Below the pieces are notes generated by a model that saw only the letters and a list, made by a program, of their open reading frames with translations, had not been told where the DNA came from and searched no databases. A DNA stretch of 64,000 bases. Origin: Trichoplax adhaerens (Eukaryota > Animalia > Placozoa). Position numbers and translations under genes: made by a program. Within the stretch, counting starts at the first letter, position 1; the number at the start of each line of letters is the position of its first letter. Shown here piece by piece: positions 1 to 12,200 of this stretch. The stretch covers positions 1,601,927 through 1,665,926 of the forward strand of contig NW_002060952.1 of the NCBI RefSeq assembly GCF_000150275.1. The letters are read 5' to 3'.

Positions 1-3000
1 GTTTTGAAGAATGCCCAATTCTTAGAGCCAACTGCTACAGAGCGATTACGCACTGGTAGCAAAATGTTTATACTAACCATGATTTAGATCAATGGCAAAA
101 AGCTGAAGTTTTAATGCTGTCCAGACTTAATGAGAGGGCATAATTATCACGTAGCTTTGTATTTGGTCTTAGATAGGAATCTAGATAATCTGGATTTAAG
201 TGTAATAAGTTTATGATTTAGAAATTCTTTCTTCGTTATTCAGTAAGGATTTTATGATGTCATCCGTGGGGACCATTACCACCGCATCCTAATATAGATA
301 TTGACTAAAAGAGTAGAAGTTGTGATTATTTTTGATTATAATGAAGGTTTTACATTTGTAGTGCAAAATTTTTAATCTCGGAAATTAATTTTGAATTTGA
401 GTTGCTTCTTGTTAAAAATGTGGCAATGAATTGGCCAATTACGCATGAATATGTTTTATTACATTTCAAGCTCTAGTTTTCAATTTAAATATGAATACCG
501 ATAATTATTCCCATTTGTATAAAACTATGTCGGGTAAATCAAGAAATAAAGAGTCGATATTTTATATAATTAAAGTGCTATGACATATCTGTATCCCTAA
601 TTGCGACTACAAAGAGCCTGAATAATGGGTAGAATTATGTCTATGATAGAGTTGTCTTTTGCTTTAGTTCAGTAGCCGCCCATAAAAACAAGAGCATATT
701 ATGATTAAGATGACAGACATCAATACGAAAATAAGAACATCCCTTCAGATTCTATTTATTTCTTTGCCGTATAGATCGGAAATTTAAAGCAATTTCCAAC
801 TATCAGTATGTTTGCATATACTTAAGATTTAATATGCTGATTTGTATAATAGCTAGAAGTATAAATAATTGATTGGAAGGTAGCATTAATCTATTTATAG
901 TCTATAACTAAATAATATGTTTTGAAATTCGTAAATTATCTTATAAACAGTCTTGTTATACGCGTACATATGTAAACATATAGTAACTAATGAATTTCAT
1001 CTCAATATAAAGAGGCTTCGCTTTTATCGTTTTATTTTCATTCCCCCATGTTTGTCGCTTTTGAGATCAGTACTATAAACTAACATCCTGTTGACAAGTT
1101 ATAATTTCGACTGAGTTGGTATTAGCTAGTTTAATTTCTAAATCTATATTGTTTTCAATTTTTAAGTGTTTCAACATAAGTTTTAGCCGCATTTCAATCT
1201 TAGAAGCTTAAACTAATATCAGAATTCTGCTCAATTTAGAACAGTGCAAAGTGATTCGATACTGGAATTATAAATTAACAGCAATTAAAAATAAATTTTT
1301 TTAGTTAGTAAAATGTGCTAATGCATCGATATCGATTAATTATGGATAAGCAGTTCGAATTATGATTGATATTAATTATTTGAATATTGTATTACTAAAG
1401 CTACGTTAGCTTGCTATCTTCAATGTCATCGTTAGGGTCCATATTTATGATAAATGTATTGACAATAAATATTTATGATCCTCAACGATAGATACGTACT
1501 TATAATTGATTTAAAACTACTTAGAAACGCGCTAAAATATATGTGAAATATTATAGGCAACTGTATTAAATTGGATGGTAGAGCTAATTCAATCAGACAA
1601 TTGCCTTTACTTAGTGTTAAATAACAATTAAAATTATATGCCGTTTGTATAGTAATCTTCTTGATTTACCCGTTATTTTTAATCCTTGTTAATATTCGCA
1701 CTGTTGAATATTTGTTAAGTAAATGGCGAGAAGGCTTATTTATATCGATAAATATAATTTTGTGCTAACATGAAAGGAAGATGGTGGAATTATAATATGT
1801 TCGCGATAGCATAAATATCTATTGGCAGTTTTCCCTTTATTTTGTATACAATAAAAATTTTGATTATTTACAGTACTTTATAAGCTTTTGTGATCGCTGG
1901 GGCGATGACTAACTTTTAACTTTAAAACTATGATTAATTGAAAGATAACGATCTTCCATTCATAAGTATTATAATAATCAGAAATATTGCATTAACTATC
2001 AGAATAGTTAGTAGAATATTAGTATTACTGGTAGCTCAATCGCTGTATTAGTCTGCATATTCCCATATTGTATATTATTATAAGTGTTGTTTATTATTGG
2101 CAGCCGTTCTTATTGAGGATACCATTTAACCTATTCCTTAAGCGAAATTAAGTAAAATCTTCATGTTAGGGATTTATCTTATAAAATAAAAAATAGTAGA
2201 GTGAAATAAGTTGAGGCATAATTATGTCTAAAATCAGCTAAAATAATTATGGTCTGACATGGCAATCAGAAAACTGTACATGACATGAAAATTTTGAGCA
2301 GCATTCACATTATATGTGTAAAAACTAGCATTAGAAGGGTAGTTGTAATTAATAGATAGCTACGAAATGGATTTGCTAATTCCACGAAGAATAAGCACAG
2401 GCACTTTACATTGTCTTTTTGTGTCACAATCTAGATCTGATAGTAACATAAATCAGGAAGTTTTCAAGATTTAAATTAGATCGTTATTAGTAATACTGTA
2501 TAAGTTTAATGATTAGTGCAAGATGCCATGAAATCTGTACTTGCTATTCGATTTCATTGCACCTACACTGGTATATAACCCTAGAAGTCATAAGAAATTG
2601 GTAGATGCTGCTGTATTCAAGAGTATCATATTAATTAACAGCTTGAGGATTAAGATACTTTGGTGGCAATAACCAGGCGTAATATGCTAGCATTTCTTTT
2701 TCTTGAAAATTATATTCAAGTTCAATCTTCAAGATTTTTTTGATTCTACATAATGGACGATTTTTAAAATAAAAATCCGGCTAAGCTAAGCCTTAGGTTT
2801 GGTTTATTTTAGGTTAAATTTTTCAGTATTCTATTAATATAATATCGACACAGTCTTTCTGTAATAGTTACATCGGCAGAAAATGAAATGGACGGTACTA
2901 CGAAAATCTTCCTCTTTGCGAATTAATGATCTGATATCACGGTACATCAAGACTAATCCTTAATTTCGGCTACTTTAAGCATAAATTTCAGCATTTAAAT

Positions 3001-6000
3001 TAATTAATAAAACATTGATGCAGTCTTTCTGTGATAGCTCGATCAGTAGAGCAAAACTAAAACTTAATTTTGGTAGTGTTAGGCATAAATTTAGCATTGC
3101 ATTGATAAAGTGTTGATGCAGTCTTTCCATAACCACTACGTTGGCAGAAAATGAAAAGGTACAATTAAAATGATCCCCTTGTGAGTAAATGATCATTATA
3201 TTTTTAAATTATTCTCCATTCTCGATAATGGTGTTGTCACAATTTCAATTCTGTGACAAGGTAACGTACAGTAAAGTCTATAAGTAGCGACTGACTTAAA
3301 CGCCCTTTTACTTAACGTTAAATACACACTGCCAAATACTGTAAAGATAAAACTTTTATTAGCAAAGATACATCTACAACTTTTCACCTCACCACTCAAA
3401 TCAAATGTTCTTGTTTATATAGGAACCGTCAAATTTGTAAACAACAACATTATTATTATTATACCTTACTAGGAGGGACATCTCGAACAGAGATGTTCCT
3501 TACATAGCTTTTCCATCAGCAAATTTTGAATCTCTTACTTATACTTAATCTTAATCTTGGCACGTAAGCTGTCTAATTCAACTATCATCAACTAGAACTT
3601 GAATCATCTTACTAATATCTATCCCACAATAACAATCAATGTCAAATATGTAATAAACTATCACAAATAACATCCACGTTGAGACATTACTTATCTTACC
3701 TAGCACTGCAAACATGGATATTTCCCATATTAGCCCCTACTGTATTTATTAAACTATCCTAATGGCAAGGCAACACCATAACAGGTGTACATTAGTGTTA
3801 TACTTTGATTCAATCAGCATTAAATCAAAGGATGGTAATTAAAGCTTACGTGAGAAGTCATTGATAGTGAATTTACTTTTATGTATAACAGAGTTGAACG
3901 AAACAAATGGTTGCTGACAATGTACATTCATTCTGATAGCTAAAATTATATTTAAGTCTATGAATTAGTGTCTATATTGTGAAATGGTGATCTTGCTTGA
4001 ATTTTTATGGGAAAGTCGAAATGGAGCAATAAAACTAGATTTGGATCATGGATAATGATAATATTAGCTTTTATTAAAAATAATTTAAAACAGATGTTAC
4101 TATATCGATAGAATAATCAATGCAACGAAAATTAATCGCTGCATTATATTCTACCCTAGAAACAAGAAATCAAATTGGTTGTTATTGACAAACGCAAGAA
4201 CTTGTGTGATTAGATCGATATTTTGATGAACGGATGATAAACATTTCCATCCATTGTCTCTGTAAATCATTATCTAGTCACTAGTTTAGATATTGCTTAA
4301 GGATAATACGTACGTGCAAAATAGAAATCACGTCATATATGTCTAAAGTTACAGTCTATAATTTTCTCATTCTTCAAAATTGAACAATTTATTCGACGTA
4401 TGCTCAAGAAATAAAAAAAGAAAGCTGTCTTTGTATCAATAATTTATTAATAAGTTTATAAATGATCAATGACTGGTAATTATAATCAAATGCTTTATTG
4501 TTTAAGGTTGATAATTATAATTTCAAGTAAAAATTACAGTTCATCTAGACCAAATGCAATCACAACGCTACTATTTCCATTTCAGAGCTAGAACCTTGTA
4601 TTTCTAATTTGAATACTATTCGTTTCAACATCAATAACGTTGGGGTGATAAATTATGGTAAGCCTTAAGTATTTGGTATGTATTTGATTTCTTAACATTT
4701 TGATTTTTTTCACTTTTGATATGATCTAGATTTTTTTTGAATTTTTATTTCTCTCTTGCATCTGGGTAGCGCTACTGCTGTTTCTAAAGTATTGGCAACG
4801 TACCTAATAGAATATTGAATAAAAAAACAAATTTTAGCTAATAATTTCATGTGAAATAGCTATTAATATAAAGCTTGAGTTGAAGGCAAATTACGAACCT
4901 AGCCCATATCTTTAAATCAACCAGAACAGTTTTTATTAAAAATAAAAAATTTAATTTTATTGGATTATTAGCATTAACAAAAAATACTTTAATCTGCTTC
5001 ATCATAGCCCTAGCATTGTCGATTTGAAATTAAATCTATCCAGCTACACTTATAGAGTATAAGTTATTAGTTTACATGTACGATAGCTGTACTCTGGCGC
5101 ACACCAGCTCCATTCGACATCTCACGCTGATGATAAAATATTCCTGCCGTTTAGCTTTGGTTAATTATAAGCCATACTATCAGAATCTAACTCATGGTGT
5201 TCTACGTATTTTAGTCACTATGTATAAGATACCATTACTTAAGATTGAAAGATTGTAAGAATAATACTGGTAATCAAAAATGTACTCTAGCATTAGACAT
5301 AAGGCCTATTACGGAAAGCGATCGCATTTCTTTTATTTAATATCGGCACAGTCCAATTTAATATAGTTATTTTCCGTATATTTAAATATTGTGAGTGAAA
5401 TAGCTAATATTCAAGTAGCAATATTTATTATATATTAGATGGTTTTACTGTTTGATGAAATTGAATTTACCTTTAGTCAACGCCTTGTTACTTTCACTTG
5501 CAATACTGTATTAATGAAATGAAGATCACTTGTGTATCATTGAAAAACTGATGCCAGTTAAAATGCAATTTAAGAATTGGGCATGATTATAATTAATGTT
5601 GTACTATACAGATTACTTTCATGACTAATTATTGCAATACTTAATTCGATAGTTCTAAATTTGACTCTGTTGAACCCTGTTAATTTTCATTGATTTCCTA
5701 CGCATGCATCCAACTCATTGCTAATTAATGAAACTAGATCGGGATTTGTAAAAGTTAGTACTTTAAACTGTCTATGTCTTTATTGCAAGAAAAAATTTAC
5801 AGTTTGAACGTGTTTTATATATTTTCATTTACGTAAGCAATTTATAAACAGAGCGCTAGCTAGAACATCGCTTAAAGGTGATATGGCTTTTATCTTAGCT
5901 TATCTAATGTGATGATATTAAAAGTACTAATTTTTCTAAACACTTTAAAGATAAAAAATAATATCCTTAATCTTAGTTGATCGCAGATTTGTATTTTATA

Positions 6001-6276
6001 GTGGAACATCGTTAGTATTTAACTTAAATTTACTAAAATTTTCTGAGAAGGTTCGAAAATTTTGCTTATACAGCTATCTTAAAACAAACGAAAAGAAACA
6101 TTTCAAAGATAAATTATAATTTTTCAAGCAGATTTATAAATTTGATAGATCTATCTAGCGAATACTATCTTATTTCAAGAACACTTATATTAATATAAAG
6201 GCTAATTGAAATTAGTTAGTGTTTCTATATGGCTGGAGTGTAGCAACTAGTTATAAAGTATTGCTTAGTTAAATGT

Positions 6277-9200
6277 ATGGTAATTTTTATGTATTGATTG
6301 ATTTTGCGTTAAAAATGTATTTATGAGCTGTATTTTGAAAATATTTTCAAACCAACTCAAATCCATTCTGTTTGGGCTAGCAAATGAGACGTTGATTTGC
6401 TAAATTAATTTAATGATGTTTTTTTTAGAATTTATGCTTGGTATGGATATTTTTGAGAAGCTTAATCTGTGTTTCTGCTGTTGCTATAGTAGGAAAAAAT
6501 GAAAAATTCGGTAAGATATACAAAATCGACAACTTTATTTAAATTTACAAAACTGAGGCAATATATATATTATATATATATAATTTCTAATTAAGGACAT
6601 AGGCAACGCTGAAAGCACTTAGAGTTTTAACGCGATATCCAGCTCAACTATAAGTTGTTAATTTGATCGTTTTTAGAATCAATTACTGTTATAGTTAGTC
6701 ATTACTCATTTTAATGAGAATGAAGTAGCACTATAGTCAAATTAAAGATAGAAAAATGCACTATGCGTGGTACAAACATCTGCAAAATAAAGTAGCTATA
6801 ATAGCAATAATATTTAATCTACCAGTAACGCCATTTTAGGCAAGTGATGAATTTATTCTTACAGTCGATAACGCGTACAGTATATTTTCCTTAATTAAAT
6901 AATTTGCGGAAAATTGATAAATAAAGAAAAGTAGGAATAAGCTACAAATATGGCGTAGATAATAATATAAGCGATAAATTATGGATGTCTTGAGCTTCTA
7001 TTTATAAATGAGATGCTTGCAGGATAGCATTACTAAAACTTCTATCTTGGTCATTTAATTTAGACATGGAGTTGTTTTGGCTTAGTGCAGTAATTAATAT
7101 TGGTAGTATTGAAACCTTATCCATTCAGAAATAATCCTAGTCATCGCATTAATATGAGTATCTACTGCAATGTATCTTTGGAAATAGTCTAGTGTAAAAC
7201 TTCAAAATAACCAGTTTTTAATGCTCGAATTAAAATTAAGTTCTTTTATGAATTCTAAAATATTTCGCCATTTTCCATATACTATTTGGATTCGCTTAAT
7301 ACTCTATCTTTTCATTAACAGATAGCTGGTTTACTCATAATTTCAAGCGTTATTTCATCAGCTCGTCCGAAGCTAAATTTTCCACTGCTGTTAATTACTG
7401 TAAAAATAATTACAACGGTAGCTTAATAGAGATTAATGATGCAGCCGAAAATATCGCTCTTAATAAAATAGTAGGAACATTAACTAATAGTACTGGTGGC
7501 GCTTCCAGCTTATATTGGATTGGACTGGTAGATCAGAACGGGACATTCACTAATGCAACTTGGATCGACAGTAATACTACTGTTGGAAGTTGGAATACTT
7601 GGCATCAAGGAATCGTAGTAAATTCATCGAAATTATGTGCTGGTGTGTCGTATGGAGCTCATGCCATTCAGCTAAATTGGACTAACTTACGATGTTGCGA
7701 TCATTATCGTTTCATTTGCCAGCTTGGTAAGAATAAATGGATTGCGTTTAATTTATTTCTTTGTATTGAAGTGAGATTGAATCAAATTGAAAATAAGTAA
7801 CAGCATCACATCAAAATAAAAGCTGTTTTAAGTATCTGTATCATGACTGAAAGCTAGTATTTAAGATTTATTGTTTACAGAAGTTTAAATTGCTCACGTA
7901 TTAAGTTCGAATTCGGTGCGTGATTCCAAGAACTCCTAAGAGAAACGCTGTTATAAAGAGTTCTTGATGATTTTTGGTTATGCATACGACATATTATCCT
8001 ATAATAAACCCATGATATTGCAGATCACAAGCCATTTTCTTACCATAAGGCGATCAATTTTTGTGATAGAGCATCTTTGAAATAATATAAAATAAGAATT
8101 ACAGTCACTTCCAACTTTTCTTCATGACATCAATTCGGCTCGTCTTACAACTACGAAGGACTATCTAGCCGCAATTAGACTTTCTAAATTATCTAAATTA
8201 TTGCAACCAAATTCATAATTTTTACATAATCAATAGCAGAATGATTCTTTTAGCAATACAATGCAATCTTACTACTTAAGTTATAAAATTAAATCTCAAT
8301 TTATTATCATGATCTATTCTTTATTCACGTTTCTAATTAAGTATTACAATACAAATCTTACGGTATCCACGTACTGGGTACACTCTATTCATGTCTCGAA
8401 ATCTTAATATAAACGTTTCAATGGAATTGCCAAAATCCTATAATTATCTTCTATAAATAGATTCACAATCTTGTAATCTGACAAACAAGTTAACATTCTC
8501 GTACAATCTTCATCTTAGCTCTATTTGGGATTGCACTAGAACGTTATACGCGTAAATCTAGACGATAAGGGGTGATTATCTGAATGAGTTTGTATCGATA
8601 ATTTTACTCATAAAAGTTAGAAATACTTGGCGCAATCTATTCATGTCTCCGAATCTCAACGTAAATACCTCGATAAGATAGTAAAAAATCGTGCTATTGT
8701 AAACATCTTCTAAAAAGAAACAGTTAAACAATTTAATAATCTAGCATACTAGTTACTATTCTCTCACTATCTTAATCTTAGGTCTACTACGGATAGTAAC
8801 ATAAAGTTGTGCGCTTAAATCTCTAGATAAATAGTAATAATCTTTATGAGTTTATGTCGATAATTCGTTGATAGAAATTGGAAATACTTAGCGCAGCCTA
8901 TTCATTTCTGCAAATTTTAATACAATAATTCATTAGAATAGCTAAAATACGTCTTATAACCACCTTCTGCAAATAGATACCTACAAAATCTTATATTCTA
9001 ACATGCAAGTTACTATTCTCGTACAATCTTAATCTTAGCTCTGTTTGGGACTGCACTGCAAAGTCGTACGCATAAATACGTATCTACAATATGTAGTGAT
9101 CGTCTTAATGAATTTGAGTCAATAATTCACTCATAGAGGTTGATATTTTGGGAATAGATTGGATTTTCATGATGCTAATGTTAAGATTGAGCTACTAAGT

Positions 9201-12200
9201 GAAAGAAAAAAGCTATATTTCTATTTACTATATGTGTATATATTAAGTCCTATTGGATATTTTTGGATTGGACTGTGCATTTCTTAGCTGAAAGAAATAG
9301 CGTAAATTTCCACTTTCTGTTATGATTAAAATTTCTCATTTAGATTTAACTTCTAACAATTCTCAATCTGAGCTTTCGTCGTATCCTTTATCCGGTTATC
9401 ACTTACCCACACAAGCTAGTAAGTTATACATGTAGAATGAATATTAACAACAGTACCGTGAATATTTAATATAAAGTTTATTGACTGATTTAAGTTTTCA
9501 TCAATCGTCTACGTAATAACTAGGTGTAAATAGCTGCAACCCTCCATCAATGCGCTATAATAAGACTTGCATTACTGCAATTCATGACCCATTGCCGTTT
9601 TCCTTATGCAAAGACTATTGTGAAGCTGTGGGTAAGCGATTAATTCAAATTGAATCTAAAGAAAAATTGCAAGCTATAAAATCAGCTATACCAGCAGCCA
9701 TCTACTCGGAGATGTGGATTGGATTAAGAAGTCTAAAGACTACGGTAACGGGTATAGCGGACTTTCAGTGGTTAAATAGCAGTTTACCACCATTTACCAA
9801 TTGGGAAAAATTTCGTCCGCTCAAAGAACAGGATCCTCAGTCTGGAAAATGTGTTACAATGAGCAGTAAAACTTTTTTATGGAATAATCGACGTTGTACT
9901 TCCTTTTATCCATTTTTATGCGAGCAAGGTAATCCTTGCCAAGTTAAAATACTCAATCCCTTGTGGTAACAAGATTAATTGCTTTATATTACTCATCACT
10001 TTGCTAAACAGTACACTAATATATCGGTTTAATCATTTATGGGAACTGCGTAGAGCTCACTTGTCCCGTGGGATGGTGGCAACTTGGAGAGAAATGTTAT
10101 CAGCCTTCCAGCAGTAATTTTAAGCAATGGTCTACGGCATTTTATCACTGTCAGGAAAGCCACGCTCGCTTAGCCATTTTGCATGATGAATCCGAATTTA
10201 ATTTCGTTGCTAGTATAGTTCGATCAACGGGAAAGTCTGTTTGGATTGCTCTCAAGTCGAATACTAGTGGACTACAGTGGATTAACGACATTTTATTTGA
10301 CACACATCGAAACTTGAATACACTAGATCTCTGCATGGTAGTTAACATAACTAGCAATGTTGTCTATTGGCAGCTACAAAATTGTCTTAATAACTACAAC
10401 TTTTACTCGCTATGTGAGAAAGGTATCTCCTATTAGGGTAAAAAATAATTTACTCTGTTATGATTTAGCTAGTAACAGAATGGAAATATTACTTGAAAAA
10501 TCGGATTTTATTCTAAATTGTCGCAGTCCTTATTATAAATGGTAATTATTTACTCTATCTATTTGATACACTAATGTAGATACTGACTACTCGATGATAA
10601 TCCAATCCATGGTAAGTACCTTAATGTATGCCCAAATTTAGTAACCTCTTAGCTCTTTCTTCTGGTAAATGTCTACTGTTAAAAGATAATACGTGATTAA
10701 TGATGGAGCTAGTTAGAATTAAATCTTTCTTATTAATAATTTGTTACACTTACAAACATATTCTTGAACTTTCACCGAAATATATATAGCAATCTATTTT
10801 AGTTACATGAAATAAAATTGGCTTATGAGAAACTGTTTTATCTTGGCAGTTTTCAGTTCTACATTAATGTTAGTTACTCGTAATGGTTTCAAGTATGTGA
10901 CAATAATTTACATTATATTTGCTAGAATACTTATACTGCTGCAGGAAATATTTCGTCAGGAATTGGAAGATATTATTTTCGTGAGTAGTCCATGTAGAGG
11001 GTTGATTAAAGAGCTGAATTTAACGAATTGAAGTTAAATGAAATTGAATGAATGGTATTTACTGCTTATAACAGCTACATGCCCATATGGTTGGCTTGTC
11101 TACAATAAGCGATGCTACGACTTTCATACTGGTTTAGTCCCTAACTCGGAAGTGAGTAAAGAATGCTCACTGGGATCTCAGCCGGTTATAATTAATGATG
11201 CAAATACGGGTGCCATCATTAATGCGATGATCAGTAATGGAAAAGAAGTATGGATTGGTTTGCAGTATGTTAATGGATTCTTCTTCTGGTATGGAAGTAA
11301 CCTTGGTTTAAATTATTCCGTATGGGCCAAGAATCAGCCCAGTCTTGGAGGTAAAGACTGTGTTTCATTACTGAAATTAAATCGTACTGATGCCAGCTGG
11401 TATACAAGAGACTGTAATCGTTCATTTTCTTTCATTTGCCAAAGATGTAAGTTAGAATTTTAATTATCCTATTTATCAGACTTAATCAAACAAGAATTTA
11501 AATTAATCAAAGTATAGATGATATCGTGTTGATCGGCAACCATAAGTTAGAATATAACGTATCCAGTACAATATATTGAACTTCTTTGAGTAAGAATTTA
11601 AAATAACTAAAGTATAGATAATATCATATTGATTGGTATTAGTAAGTTAGAAAATTACTGATCCTAATTATCAAATTAATGGGGCAAGGATTTAAAATAG
11701 CTCGCGTTGATTGGAATTAATAAGTTAGAGTATTACTAATCCTAGGTTTCAAATTTAACTGAGTAAGAATTTAAAATCTTTAAAATGCAAATAATATGGT
11801 ATTGATTGGCATTAATAAGCTTTTCTGCCAATAATGGTCTGCTTATAAATCACTAGAAATGGATAAGTTCAAGCTACTCAAACTAAGAATAGAACATTTT
11901 AAACATGTCAATGAGATTATTAAGTTATTAAAGTGTTACTACTATATTTATGCACTTTTAAATGATCAAAACTCAAAGAAAATTTGCGCTGTATGTACGG
12001 ATATCTTACTACTTTATTTAACGATAAATACTCTACAGATGCGTCCGGATTAACAACAGACATCATCATCGATTCTAGCATCTATCGTAAGTATTTTAGA
12101 ACATACTATTGATTTCAATCATTCTATTAGCTTGACTGAAAAAGATGTTAGACTGAGCCTCTATTATGTATGTAATATACTTACTTACCTGCAGCATACT

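Noticed and set aside
1-87. Open frame at the window start (VLKNAQFLEPTATERLRTGSKMFILTMI-stop)
   Set aside because: Could be the end of a neighbouring gene but is too short to support.
2975-5258. Short ORFs 2975-3196, 3196-3399 and 5076-5258
   Set aside because: No recognisable motifs or supporting splice structure; lengths expected by chance.
6413-6502. ATG-initiated frame MMFFLEFMLGMDIFEK... over the gene A signal exon
   Set aside because: It stops before the donor site and is out of frame with the hydrophobic frame conserved in B and C; at most an upstream ORF.
10151-10545. Antisense or shifted-frame ORFs over CTLD exons (also 12606-12818, 32728-32949, 53799-53987)
   Set aside because: Shadow frames of real exons.
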